In this document: one piece after another, positions 28,709 through 38,683 of the stretch
Layout of the letters: each line of letters opens with the position of its first letter
Position numbering within the stretch: the stretch's first letter is position 1
DNA from: Ostreococcus lucimarinus
Lineage: Eukaryota
DNA length: 64,000 nt
Assembly (NCBI GenBank): GCA_000092065.1
Contig: CP000596.1
Reading direction: 5' to 3' (one strand)
Position numbers and translations under genes: made by a program
Notes under the pieces: model-generated
What the model was told of the DNA's origin: nothing
Seen by the model: only the letters and a program-made list of their open reading frames with translations
Database searches by the model: none

Positions 28709-31700
28709 CTAGATTCCGATCCGATCGACGACGGCGCGGGAATCGAAGAATGATGCCAAGGCGGTGGAGAGCGGTGCGCGGTGCGCGCTTCGGATGGCGT
28801 CGATGGCGTGGGGGGCGATTTGGGCGACGACGTCGGCGTCGGCGAAATCGACGAGGGACGCCAACGCGCGCGCGGCGAGACGCTCTCGCGTCGGCGTGAG
28901 GGCGTTGGAGCGTAAACACGCATCACCGTCGCGCGTGTTTTCTTTGTCGCTCTCGCGCGCTTCTCGGTGGATGACTAAGCATCGCGACGCGTGTTCCACG
29001 AGGCGCTCTCTCGCGTCGACGTCGCCTCGCAACGCTCGTAAAAGCGCGTCGCCGGCGGCAAACTCGAGACGAGACAACGTCCCGAGAGATCCTTCGGCGT
29101 CGTTTTCTTCTCTCGCGAACGCGTAGGCGTCGGTGATGATGTCCACGAGTTCCGAGCGCGCGCTCTCCGGAACGCCGACGACGCCTCGCAAATCGGCGCA
29201 CGCAGCGACGCACGCGAGCGAGCGACTCACGACATCGCTCGCGTTCGGTAAGTCGAGCATGACGACGTCTACGACGACGCCGTACCGCAGAACTTTGCAA
29301 ATCGCACGCCAAGTGTCCACAGAAGAGTCACCGCGAGCTATGACGACGTCCATCGCCGAGCGCGTCGCCGCGAGCGCGTCGGGAATCGCTCGAGGCGCGG
29401 CGGCGCGCAAGACGTTCGTCACGAAGGACCAAATCGCCGGTAGCAACGCGTCGTAGGCTGATTTTTTGTCGCGCACGAGCGCGATCAGGCGTGGAAGAAT
29501 GAGATCCAACGCCCGCGTGGCGTCGAGCTTGGTCTCCAATAAGCCCTCGACCGCTCCAGCGCGCGCCACCCCCCACGCCTCGGCGCTCAGTCGCTCGACG
29601 TCGTCGTCTTCGAGAACGCGGAACAACGCGTCGAGAGCGCGATCGTCTTCGCGCGCGAGCGCGCCGATAGTTTCGCACGTTGCCGCCCAAGTCGTCTTCA
29701 ACCACGCGTTCGCGTCCTCGTCGCCCATGGCGAGTCCTCGGCGGCACGCCGCGGCGATCGTCGCAACGGCGCGTCGCGGCGGCGAATCCTCGTCGTCCGA
29801 GCCAGCGCTCGCGCGTCGTCGGCGTCGCGCGAACGTCCCGAGCAAGCACATCGCTCGTGGGACGCACGCAAGCGGTAGGCCGAGGTAGTCGTCGTCGTCC
29901 TCCGTCGCCACCTTCGACGCGCTGTCGCCATTTTTTTCCAACGCCGCGGCCAGCGCCTTCTCCAACGCCTCGCACGCCGCGGCTTCCGCATCTCCCAAAG
30001 CGACATCGCTCGACGAACCGTCACCGTACACGTGTTCGAGCACTTCTAACGCTGGATCCCAACCCAAATCCAGCGAGTCCCCGAATCGCTGGAGCGCTTG
30101 AGCGACGCACGACGAAATCAAATCTCTCGCGTGCGCGTTTGGGGCGTTTTCGATCGCCGCGACGAATGGCTTCATCGCGTCCACCTGCGTGGCCGAACGC
30201 GTCGCGCGCGCGCGTAAAAGCAACCTATTCGCCACTTGTCGTAGCGAATCTGTGGCGTGTAACACGACTTTATCGTCGGGGTGCTTCACGCTCTCCACCA
30301 GGTGTTCGGCGACGACGTTCCAAAGCTTGGACCACACCAGGCGCACGCGCGTCATATTCGTCGCCGCGACTTCGGTGAGACGTAGTAACGCCGACACGTT
30401 ACCGCCCGCACCGTCCCAGAGTTCATGACGAGATACTGTGGCGATGGCGGAGGCGTAGGCGATGATCTCATCGGAATCGAATCGAGTGCTCAACGCGAAT
30501 ACGCGCTCGATGGCTTCGCCGCCCGCGGTGGACAACCACTGCGTCACCGAAAGCTCCGCCGGGGTGAGCGCGTCGGGGCTAACATCGCCGCCCGATTGCG
30601 TCGCCGATTTCGATGACGCCACTAGTTCTTGCATGCGAAGCGGTGCACAAAAAATATCTTTCGCGCGCGCGGTATCGAAGGATACGCCGGCGCCGACGAC
30701 GGCGCGCAAGTTTTCCAACCGCGTCACCATTTCCAACACGCTCGCCCACGCCTGGACGCCGCCTAGATTGGATTCGCTCGCCGCGAGCTCGAGGAGCGTG
30801 CTCAAAGCTTCTTTACTCTGAGTTGCGATGCCTTCGCGGCGTCCAAACCCAGGAGCAGAGACTAAGAAGGTGCAGATATCGTCGCGCAACATCGGGAGTT
30901 GCAGTCGCGCCGCGAGCGACAGCATCGCTCTCGCGCCTTCGAGCGGCATCGCTGCGTGCGCTTCATCCGGGGCGGAGTCAAACGCGCTGGATAACGCGAT
31001 TAACATGCATTTCCCCGCCGCCTCGAGCATCGGTCGCGCCAAGCCTGGTTCGGAGGCTCGGACGAAGAGCGCGCTCGCGGCTTCGTCGCTCTCCTCGGCG
31101 TGCTTGAACATCGCCTTCGTGGACTTGAGTAACTCTACCGTTTCGTCGCTCGCCTCTTTGAGCGTAGATCGGTTCTTCCAGGGAGCTGCAAAGTTTAGTA
31201 CTTGCGCCATCGTCTTCTTCGCCCGCGCGTTATCGCCACCGTTCGCTTTGGTCGCCGTCGATGGCTCCGCGGCGTGCATTTTGATTTCCTCGGCAGTGAC
31301 GCGCGCGTAAATCGCGGCGACGGCTTCCACATCCAAATCTTTTGTCGCCTCGGCTGCGGTGGCCATGAGCACGAAATCACCTTCGCTCATCTTCATCGCG
31401 GCGTCTGTGAGGGGGTTGTGCGCATCCGTGTTCAACATGACGATCGCGAAGGCTAAGATGTACGCGGCGTCCGCGGACGGGTACGCCCCCGGATTGCACG
31501 CGCAAAACCTCGCCGCGAACGCCTCGACCAATCGATCAATCTTTTGTGCCTCCCCTGGGAGCTTGAACCCACCCAAAAACAAGCGCATGGCATCATCGAT
31601 GCTCATCGACGCAAAGTCGAATCTGTGGACGTACGCGCGCATGACGACGAGCGCGTCGGCGTCGGGCGAGCCGAGTAACTCGCCGATGGCGGCGGGCGCG

Positions 31701-33619
31701 ACGCGCGCGCTCGTCTTGCGCAAAAACTCCGCACACACATTTGGATCCTCCGAGCGCGCCGCGACTCTGAGCGTCTGCGTCGAAGGATCGACGTTGAAGG
31801 CTTCGACAGCCTTTTCCATGGAGGCCTTCGTCTTTTTCGCCTTTTGAAATCGTTCGGCTTCGGATTCCACCGCGGCGGACGGGGAATTTACACACGACGG
31901 CGACGACGGGGAGTCTGACGGCGACGTCGGAGCTGTCGCGATTTTTTCTTCGCGATGCGTCGGCGACGTGGGCGTGGAAGGTCCATCATCGCCGGCGACG
32001 ACGGCGACGGTCGCCGCCGCCGCCGCCGCCGCGATGCTCCCGATGGGCGTCGTCGCGCCGCCTCCCGATTTGAGCTTGCGCAAGGCTCGTCTCGAAACCG
32101 CCGGTCGAAGCTCGCCGTCGAATCCGTCTTCGTCCTCCATCGAGACGTCGGCATCGTTATCGTCGATGTCCACCGACGCGTCGTCGACGCCGTTCTCTCC
32201 GCGAGCGTGCCACGACTGCAACGAGCGTAAAATGCTAAACAAGCACGTCAACACGGCGTCGCGTTCCAAAACGTCCGCCACTTGCGCCGACTGCGCCAGC
32301 GCCATGACGGTGCGTTCGTACAGATTGGCCGCGTGTAAATCGCAATCGTAGTTGACGAACATATCCACCAACACTTGGGAATCCGACGCCAGTCTTCGCA
32401 CGAGACGAAGCGCCGAGACTCGCATCGCCGCGCTCGCGTCGCCGCTCTCGAGCGGATGCAGCGACATGATTGGATACAACGCCGCGACTTGCTGCTTCCA
32501 CGTCGCTCGCGCGCGAACGACGAGCGTGCCGTACGCCATGCGCGCGATCGAAACCAGAATTCCCACGCTCTGCTCCGCCTCCGAGCCTCGAGGTACCTGA
32601 AGCAACGCGTTTCGCATCAACGCGATGGAGAGCGGTTGTCGAAGCTCGGCGTGAAAGCACTCGAGCCACACCGTCGCGCGCGGACCGTCCATGAGCTGCC
32701 TCAAGATATCCAGCGCCAACGCCTTGGAGTGCGCGAGATAGGCGTCGACGTCCACCGCGCCCTCTCGCGCCGCGATTTTACACAGCGTCGTCAACAACAG
32801 CGACACGTCTCGCGTCGCGTCCGCGTCCGCGCCGTCGTCCTCCACCGCATCTCCCCGCGCGATCGCGTCGAACCCTCGCTCCGCGCGCTTAAACGCCGCG
32901 TTGATTATCTGCGTCAGCGCCGTCTTCGCCGCGCGACGCGTCGCCTCGTCGTCGGCGATCATCGCGACGTGAAACACCGCTCGCGTCGCGCGCATCAACG
33001 CCTCGCCTCGCGCGCGAAACGTTCCCGGCGCGAACGTCCCCGACGACGTCGACGCCTCTCCGCTCGAATCGCGCCCTCGCGCGTTCTCGTCCTCGTCCTC
33101 CGTCGTTCCCGCGCACGCCGCCAACGCGAACGCCGTCGCGCCCGCGCCGCACCTCGCGCGCGCCTCCGCGTCCCCGCTCGACTCCTCCGCCGCCGTCTCC
33201 CCGCTCAGTTCCCCGCACGCGCACGCCGCGCGCAGTAACTCCCAGCGCAACCGCGCGCCGTCGTCGTCGTCCTTCGCGTCGTCGTCGTCGTCGTCGAGCG
33301 CGCCGTCGCACCGTCCTCCCAGCGCGCCGATCCGCAGCAGTCCCCCGAGCGCGTCCAGCGCCCACGCGCACCGCCGCGCGTTCCTCGGCGTCGTTCGCAT
33401 CGCGGACGCGCACGCGAGCGCGCCGAGACGCGCCAACGCGCGCGGATCGACGTCGCGGTCGTTTTTGGATTTCTCGACGTCGAACGCGTCGAGCGCGGCG
33501 ATCAGGGACGCGCTGGACGCCCCGAAGCGCGCGGCGAAGAAGCCGACGTCGTCGCGGATCGATCGCAGGGGCGCGGCGGCGACGTCGCGGATCGCGCCGG
33601 GCGTCAACGCGGACGACAT
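28709..33619 (-). CDS. BIG/GBF-type Sec7-domain ARF guanine-nucleotide exchange factor
   Basis: 1636 aa. A central Sec7 domain (..FNVDPSTQTLRVAARSEDPNVCAEFLRKT..YILAFAIVMLNTDAHNP..) is flanked by DCB/HUS-like N-terminal and HDS-like C-terminal regions. ATG at 33617-33619. Confidence 0.85.
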   Translation of the reverse strand: MSSALTPGAIRDVAAAPLRSIRDDVGFFAARFGASSASLIAALDAFDVEKSKNDRDVDPRALARLGALACASAMRTTPRNARRCAWALDALGGLLRIGALGGRCDGALDDDDDDAKDDDDGARLRWELLRAACACGELSGETAAEESSGDAEARARCGAGATAFALAACAGTTEDEDENARGRDSSGEASTSSGTFAPGTFRARGEALMRATRAVFHVAMIADDEATRRAAKTALTQIINAAFKRAERGFDAIARGDAVEDDGADADATRDVSLLLTTLCKIAAREGAVDVDAYLAHSKALALDILRQLMDGPRATVWLECFHAELRQPLSIALMRNALLQVPRGSEAEQSVGILVSIARMAYGTLVVRARATWKQQVAALYPIMSLHPLESGDASAAMRVSALRLVRRLASDSQVLVDMFVNYDCDLHAANLYERTVMALAQSAQVADVLERDAVLTCLFSILRSLQSWHARGENGVDDASVDIDDNDADVSMEDEDGFDGELRPAVSRRALRKLKSGGGATTPIGSIAAAAAAATVAVVAGDDGPSTPTSPTHREEKIATAPTSPSDSPSSPSCVNSPSAAVESEAERFQKAKKTKASMEKAVEAFNVDPSTQTLRVAARSEDPNVCAEFLRKTSARVAPAAIGELLGSPDADALVVMRAYVHRFDFASMSIDDAMRLFLGGFKLPGEAQKIDRLVEAFAARFCACNPGAYPSADAAYILAFAIVMLNTDAHNPLTDAAMKMSEGDFVLMATAAEATKDLDVEAVAAIYARVTAEEIKMHAAEPSTATKANGGDNARAKKTMAQVLNFAAPWKNRSTLKEASDETVELLKSTKAMFKHAEESDEAASALFVRASEPGLARPMLEAAGKCMLIALSSAFDSAPDEAHAAMPLEGARAMLSLAARLQLPMLRDDICTFLVSAPGFGRREGIATQSKEALSTLLELAASESNLGGVQAWASVLEMVTRLENLRAVVGAGVSFDTARAKDIFCAPLRMQELVASSKSATQSGGDVSPDALTPAELSVTQWLSTAGGEAIERVFALSTRFDSDEIIAYASAIATVSRHELWDGAGGNVSALLRLTEVAATNMTRVRLVWSKLWNVVAEHLVESVKHPDDKVVLHATDSLRQVANRLLLRARATRSATQVDAMKPFVAAIENAPNAHARDLISSCVAQALQRFGDSLDLGWDPALEVLEHVYGDGSSSDVALGDAEAAACEALEKALAAALEKNGDSASKVATEDDDDYLGLPLACVPRAMCLLGTFARRRRRASAGSDDEDSPPRRAVATIAAACRRGLAMGDEDANAWLKTTWAATCETIGALAREDDRALDALFRVLEDDDVERLSAEAWGVARAGAVEGLLETKLDATRALDLILPRLIALVRDKKSAYDALLPAIWSFVTNVLRAAAPRAIPDALAATRSAMDVVIARGDSSVDTWRAICKVLRYGVVVDVVMLDLPNASDVVSRSLACVAACADLRGVVGVPESARSELVDIITDAYAFAREENDAEGSLGTLSRLEFAAGDALLRALRGDVDARERLVEHASRCLVIHREARESDKENTRDGDACLRSNALTPTRERLAARALASLVDFADADVVAQIAPHAIDAIRSAHRAPLSTALASFFDSRAVVDRIGI

Positions 33620-33737
33620 GGTGATTCGGCGAGCGCTCGGCGTCGCGATGTGACGACGCCGCGACGACGACGAAGGAAGGCGCGAATGAATGAAGGCGCG
33701 AAGGCGCGAATGAATGAAGGAATTAAAGACTAGGAAT

Positions 33738-35501
33738 CTAAGAGGACGCGCGCGCGGCGTCGAGATCGAGATCGCGGACGAAACGACGTCGTTCGTCTGG
33801 GTCGTCGACGACGGCGAGCGCGGCGACGGCGTCTCTGAAATCGTGCGCGACGACGTACGAGGGAAACCGATCGACGTCCTCGGTGATTGAATCCTCGCAC
33901 GACGCGTCCAGGGTGATCTCGTAGATGACGTTCTGGGAGAAGGTGTTCATTCCGGGCGCGCGCTCGCGCGCGCATCCGGTGAGATAGGCGAAGATCAACC
34001 GCAGGATGGCTTGGTGGGAGACGATCAAGACGGGTTCGGTGTACGACTCCATCTCTTGGATGCACGGCTCGAGTCGGGAGATCAAGTCGAAGTAACTCTC
34101 TCCGCGCGGATAGCGGTAGCCGATCTTATCCATCGAGCGCAAGTACGCGGCCTGCGGGTTCTTCTCCACGATCTCTTCGGGCGTCATGCCCTCGCAGTCG
34201 CCGGCGAAGATTTCGTCGATGTTGCGATAGACGCGCGGGGACATTTGCTCCCACTCGCCGTTGTGCACCGTCGGGTGCTCGATGTTCGCCGCCGTCGCGA
34301 TCGTGCGCAGAAGCGATGACGTCCACAGACGCGCTCGAACCGTGCGCGGGGTCTCGCACCACCGCCCTTCGCCGTCGTCGCCGTCGTCGTCGCGACGCTC
34401 CATGCCGCAAATTTTTTCCAGCGCAAAGCGACTGAGAATTTCCGAAAACGCCACGCCCTTGGCGGTGATCCCGGAGTTCCCCCCCAGACGTCCCGTGACG
34501 TTGTACTCTGACTCTCCGTGCCTGCACAGATAAATCTTGTGCGCCGTCGGGTGCGTGGCGGTGAGAAACTGCACGATGCGTTGAGGCAAGTACGCGCGCA
34601 TCTTATTCGTCTGCACGCGCTCGCCGTAATTGTACAGCTTTATGTACGATAAATCATCCTCGGAGCCGTCCTCTTGCAGCGTGACGTAAAGTTTTCGATA
34701 CTCGTCGAGCCGTCGTCGCCACGACTCCTTCGCCGCCTCGATCTCGTCCTCGCGCACGCGCCCGTTGCGCGCGTCTCTCGCCACGCGTTGCGCCAAAACC
34801 TCCTCCACCAGCTCCTCCCTCGTCAGCGTCGTCTCGATGAAAATCGTCTTCACCTTCATCCTTCGCGGACCGGTGCTGTCTAAATCTCGCTCTAAATCCT
34901 CCAACTCTTTCAAGATCGCCCTGCGCCGCTCCTTGCTCGTCCCGCTCCACGTCTCGTAAAACGTCGCCGACGCGTCGCTCGAGTACACCACCGCCACCCG
35001 TCCGCTGTCGACGTGTTTCGCCGACGCCTCCTTCGCCTCGATCCCGTACTCCGTGCACACGTCCGTTATCGCGTCTCCAGATCTCAAGAAATCTCGCAGA
35101 TTATTCACCAGCGACGACGTCGCCGCGTCGCCTCGATGTCCCGCGTACGCCACGTCGAACGCCCGACACCGCGCGCCGTGGAAAAACCGCAGGTACCGCG
35201 TCAATCGCAGCGCGATCGTCCGCTTCCCTCGCAGCGGCAGTCCGACGAACACCAGCACGTGTCGCTCGCCGATGTTTCCCGCCAGCGCCGCGATCGGCGG
35301 CGGCACCGTCGTCGGCGCGGGATTGTGCGCGCGCGCCGTGAGCAAATCTTCCATCGATTTCGCGTACAATCGCGGCGACGACGCGCGATCGGCGTCGTCG
35401 GCGCGCGCGTCGCGCGTCGCGCGCGCGTCGTCGCCCATCGCGAGCTCGAGCGCGCGTCGGCGCGGTCGCGACGACGCGTCGGCGTCGTAAAGTCGCGTCA
35501 T
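33738..35501 (-). CDS. 6-phosphofructo-2-kinase / fructose-2,6-bisphosphatase
   Basis: Kinase P-loop VFVGLPLRGKRT, then a histidine-phosphatase domain with the RHGESEYN motif and a downstream catalytic His. 587 aa. Confidence 0.85.
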   Translation of the reverse strand: MTRLYDADASSRPRRRALELAMGDDARATRDARADDADRASSPRLYAKSMEDLLTARAHNPAPTTVPPPIAALAGNIGERHVLVFVGLPLRGKRTIALRLTRYLRFFHGARCRAFDVAYAGHRGDAATSSLVNNLRDFLRSGDAITDVCTEYGIEAKEASAKHVDSGRVAVVYSSDASATFYETWSGTSKERRRAILKELEDLERDLDSTGPRRMKVKTIFIETTLTREELVEEVLAQRVARDARNGRVREDEIEAAKESWRRRLDEYRKLYVTLQEDGSEDDLSYIKLYNYGERVQTNKMRAYLPQRIVQFLTATHPTAHKIYLCRHGESEYNVTGRLGGNSGITAKGVAFSEILSRFALEKICGMERRDDDGDDGEGRWCETPRTVRARLWTSSLLRTIATAANIEHPTVHNGEWEQMSPRVYRNIDEIFAGDCEGMTPEEIVEKNPQAAYLRSMDKIGYRYPRGESYFDLISRLEPCIQEMESYTEPVLIVSHQAILRLIFAYLTGCARERAPGMNTFSQNVIYEITLDASCEDSITEDVDRFPSYVVAHDFRDAVAALAVVDDPDERRRFVRDLDLDAARASS

Positions 35502-35540
35502 TAACCTCCTCGCGACGTTCGTCGACGACGTCGCGCGGCG

Positions 35541-36182
35541 ATGGCGCTGCGGACGGCGACGACGACGGCGCGACGACGCGTGCGCGCGGCGTCCGCGACG
35601 TCGTCGACGCGCGCGCCGTCCGCGCGCAGGCGCGCGCTGCTCGCGATGACGAGCGCGACGATCGCGCTCGGCGCGGCGGCGAAGGCGCGCGCGGACGGCG
35701 CGCGCGCGACGCTCGACCTCGACGCGCTGACGCGCGCGGTGCCGGATCCGTGGCGCGAGGCGCGCGAGGCGCGAGGCGCGAGGCGAAGGGAACGACGACG
35801 GGAGGTGGACGCGACCGCGGCGGCGGAGCGACGCGCGCGCGAGGCGGAAAACGAACGCGCGAGGGCGGTGTACGCGGAGGCGGCGGCGAAGAAAAAGACG
35901 AGGATACGACTCGAGCGCGAGGATGAGCTGACGGAGGAGGAGATCGAGGCGGAGGTGGCGCGGGCGGGACGAATGGCGCGGGAGGGCGTCGAACGCGGGT
36001 TGGCGGCGGAGGAAGCCGAGTTGGCGGAGTACGAACGATTGATGGCGGCGCGGCGGGCGTCGGCGGAGGCGAGGAACGCGGATTTTTTGGAGCGCGCGGA
36101 GGACGTGTTGGAGGCGACGGGCGAGGCCGCGGAGGCGTCGGACGCCGAACGCGGATTCGTCGACGCCGGGAATTTCTGGTGA
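35541..36182 (+). CDS. hypothetical E/A/R-rich protein with bipartite transit + twin-arginine (Tat) thylakoid-lumen-like presequence
   Basis: MALRTATTTARRRVRAASATSSTRAPSARRRALLAMTSATIALGAAAKA| then a charged coiled-coil-like mature part. Its start is 40 bp from the PFK2 start on the opposite strand. Confidence 0.35.
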   Translation: MALRTATTTARRRVRAASATSSTRAPSARRRALLAMTSATIALGAAAKARADGARATLDLDALTRAVPDPWREAREARGARRRERRREVDATAAAERRAREAENERARAVYAEAAAKKKTRIRLEREDELTEEEIEAEVARAGRMAREGVERGLAAEEAELAEYERLMAARRASAEARNADFLERAEDVLEATGEAAEASDAERGFVDAGNFW

Positions 36183-36251
36183 GCGACGTCGAGTACGAGT
36201 ATTCGCGATTTTGTAACAACAACAACAACAAGCGACGAGCGACGACGCCGC

Positions 36252-37058
36252 TCACTCGCGGAACACTTCGTCGAAGCCGGCGATTTTGGGGACCAGGTAG
36301 ACCAAGATGTGCCGCAGCGCCGCGCTCTCGCCGTACGAGACGGGCACGGAGACGAAACTTTTGTTCCCGCCGCTCGTCGTCTGCAAATTCACAAACAATC
36401 CGCCGCTGCCGTCGGGCATGGGTTCAACCTTGAACGCCTTGTTCACGTTCCCTCGATTCGCCCCCCCCGCGCCCGGATCGTGAAAGAACGAGCACGGCGC
36501 GTTGCTCGCCATCCTATCCGCCAACTCGGCCGCCTCCGTCGCGCTCAGCATGAACGACCCTTTATTCCCCCAATCGTACTGTCGAGGCGCCGTCGCGTTC
36601 GCGAGTTCCAGCAGCACTCCTCCCGCGCGTTTCATGATCCGTCGCCCGCTCGCGTCGCTCTCGAACGTCGCTCGAACCGCCTTGAGCTTCAACGCGCCCT
36701 TCGTCTTGTACACGCCGTAATCCACGAACGCCCCCGTCCCGGACGCCGCGCGCTCGCTCGAGCGCGTCGGCGGCGCGCGGACGCCCGGTCCCGGTCCCGG
36801 CGAAGCGCCCGCGAGCGGCGCGCCCGCGAGCGGCCCGAACGACGCGCCCGTCGAGCCGCCGTTGTTTGAATTCATCATCGACGCCATCGCGCGCGTCACC
36901 GACGGCGCGCGAATGCGAGCGCATCGACGACGAGACGCGAGCGACGCGATTGATGCGGTCGCGAACGACGCCGCGGACGCCATCGGGAATCGCGACGGGA
37001 CGGGAGCGGACGAAACGCGGAAGAGGCTGAATGTGAGGCGGTTGGTTGGCGCAAACAT
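36252..37058 (-). CDS. WHY: Whirly (PBF-2-like) single-stranded DNA-binding protein, organelle-targeted
   Basis: Conserved Whirly blocks: ..YKTKGALKLKAV..GGVLLELANATAPRQYDWGNKGSFMLSATEAAEL..CSFFHDPGAG..FKVEPMPDGSGGLFVNLQ.., plus a presequence-like N-terminus. Confidence 0.75.
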   Translation of the reverse strand: MFAPTNRLTFSLFRVSSAPVPSRFPMASAASFATASIASLASRRRCARIRAPSVTRAMASMMNSNNGGSTGASFGPLAGAPLAGASPGPGPGVRAPPTRSSERAASGTGAFVDYGVYKTKGALKLKAVRATFESDASGRRIMKRAGGVLLELANATAPRQYDWGNKGSFMLSATEAAELADRMASNAPCSFFHDPGAGGANRGNVNKAFKVEPMPDGSGGLFVNLQTTSGGNKSFVSVPVSYGESAALRHILVYLVPKIAGFDEVFRE

Positions 37059-37102
37059 TTTGTAGACATTGAAACTGTTTCATTGATTGATGTCCAGGTG
37101 TT

Positions 37103-38020
37103 TCATTGCAACGCCACCGCGCTTCGTCGCGATTGGGCGACGCGCAATTGAAACGACGCGGCGATCTCCGCGACGGCGCGCTCGTCCTCGCGACCGCTCT
37201 TCGTAACGCACCGCGATTCGATCAGCAGGTGCGCGAGTTTTTCGTGTAAATCCGGCGCGACGATCGTTTTCATCGCTTCGAAGAGTTCGGACATCGATTT
37301 CGGCGCAGGAAGGGACGTCGGTACCGCCGAGTCGGTTTCCGGCGCCTCTGTCGACGGCTCGCGCGACGGAGCATCCAGCGCGCGGTCCCTCTCATCCATC
37401 GGAAAGCCAAGGAGTTCGCTGAGCGTTCGTCTAACAATCTGCGCGCCGGAAAGGATTTCCTCGTGGTCTTCCCTCCACGGCCGCTGCGCCGCGACGATCG
37501 GTCCGCGAACGAAAAATTCCTGTTCAGCCCTGTCGCGTCCGCGTCGACGAGCGTAATCGTCAGTCACACGCGCGCGAGCGCCGCAAACGTTCGAGGCGAA
37601 CCGGCGTCGTCTCCGCGTCGCGCAGACTAGAGTGCGCACCAGACTCCAGTTCGCCTGCACTCCGTGAGTACGGGTTTCGTGAAAAGAAGTATGAAGGAAC
37701 TCGTTGGATACTGTTCCGACAGCGCGGAAAGGCGCTTTTTTAAACCGCGCGTCCTCGCTGCCCATCGAGCGAGGACGCGTTTTTTTCCAGCCTTGTTCAG
37801 CGCCTCGATATCGCTCGGCGTCAACGGCGGCGCGCGACCGCGCGGTGGTACTGGCCGCCGCCGCGTCGCGTTCGCCGCCTCGCGATCGTTTTCGCTCGCG
37901 CGCTTCCGCGGGCTCGCCCTCGTCATCGCGCGCGTCGCGCCGTGGCGCGCGTCGTCTCGTCGCGTCTCGTCTCGTCTCGTCTCGTCTCGGACCCGAACCG
38001 CCGATTGGACAATCGGACAA
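37103..38020 (-). CDS. hypothetical protein
   Basis: 305-aa ORF with an R/D/E-rich N-terminus and a more complex C-terminal half (..ELFEAMKTIVAPDLHEKLAHLLIESRCVTKSG..). A second frame (37627..38034) could contribute an upstream exon. No family recognised. Confidence 0.25.
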   Translation of the reverse strand: MSDCPIGGSGPRRDETRRDATRRRAPRRDARDDEGEPAEARERKRSRGGERDAAAASTTARSRAAVDAERYRGAEQGWKKTRPRSMGSEDARFKKAPFRAVGTVSNEFLHTSFHETRTHGVQANWSLVRTLVCATRRRRRFASNVCGARARVTDDYARRRGRDRAEQEFFVRGPIVAAQRPWREDHEEILSGAQIVRRTLSELLGFPMDERDRALDAPSREPSTEAPETDSAVPTSLPAPKSMSELFEAMKTIVAPDLHEKLAHLLIESRCVTKSGREDERAVAEIAASFQLRVAQSRRSAVALQ

Positions 38021-38138
38021 TCGGGTATGGTCATCAGTGAGACGTTTTTTAATAAAAATGTCCGAAAAGTGGGTGTGGCGATCAGTGAGGAGGTATAAAT
38101 GACAAAGTTACGATTGATAGGGTTAAAAAAAGATAATG

Positions 38139-38415
38139 TGCAACCACCGGGAATCGAACCCGGGTCTGGTTATTAGGAGAAAATCGACGTTAACTATGGG
38201 TCAGTTTCCATTTTCCATTTATATCCTTTCGAGCTGTTTATCGAGCTTTTCGGACGGAACACTCACCTCCTGCGCGCTGCTATTTTGTATGCAGTGACGG
38301 CTGTTCGCCGTCAGGAGACCATCTCGCCCGAGCTCGACCTCGGGCGACGACTGGATCATACGCTGCTGAAAGTGCCGATTGGCAGGCAGGTATTCTACCA
38401 CTAGACCATGGTTGC
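38139..38415 (-). tRNA. trnG-GCC: tRNA-Gly(GCC) gene interrupted by two ~100-nt introns
   Basis: Minus-strand exons GCAACCATGGTCTAGTGGTAGAATACCTGCCTGCCAA (38415..38379) + GCAGG(AG) (~38273..38267) + (AG)ACCCGGGTTCGATTCCCGGTGGTTGCA (~38167..38139) assemble a 71-nt cloverleaf. It is near-identical in architecture to plant tRNA-Gly-GCC: acceptor GCAACCA/TGGTTGC, anticodon stem CCTGC/GCAGG, loop CTGCCAA, T-arm CCGGG-TTCGATT-CCCGG. Confidence 0.65.
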
Positions 38416-38600
38416 CTAGGTCTTCCGCACGCTTGACTACGTGCTTCGGATGTTAGGAACAGCGATAAACTTCAAGTCGGAGAATGCGAACGTCAATGCG
38501 ATCGCGGTGTTACGGGTTGGTGGTAATTACGAAATCATTGATTTCGTAGTAATAATAGCAAAATTCTGGACTAACTATTGTGATTCATCTCTTCATCGGC

Positions 38601-38624
38601 CTAAATACACAGAAAACAAAACGA
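38601..38624 (+). repeat. 24-bp direct repeat copy 1 (ctaaatacacagaaaacaaaacga)
   Basis: Exact 24-mer also present at 41306..41329. Lies 60 bp upstream of the ATG at 38684. Confidence 0.8.
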
Positions 38625-38683
38625 ACCGGGTGCGCTCGGTGAAGTCGGACCGCCGATTGGTTGGTTGGTTGGTTGGCCGCGCG

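Noticed and set aside
38139-38415. Permuted tRNA gene hypothesis (3' half upstream of 5' half, as reported in some algae)
   Set aside because: On the coding (minus) strand the order is 5' half, then anticodon-stem fragment, then 3' half. The gene is therefore split by introns but collinear, not circularly permuted
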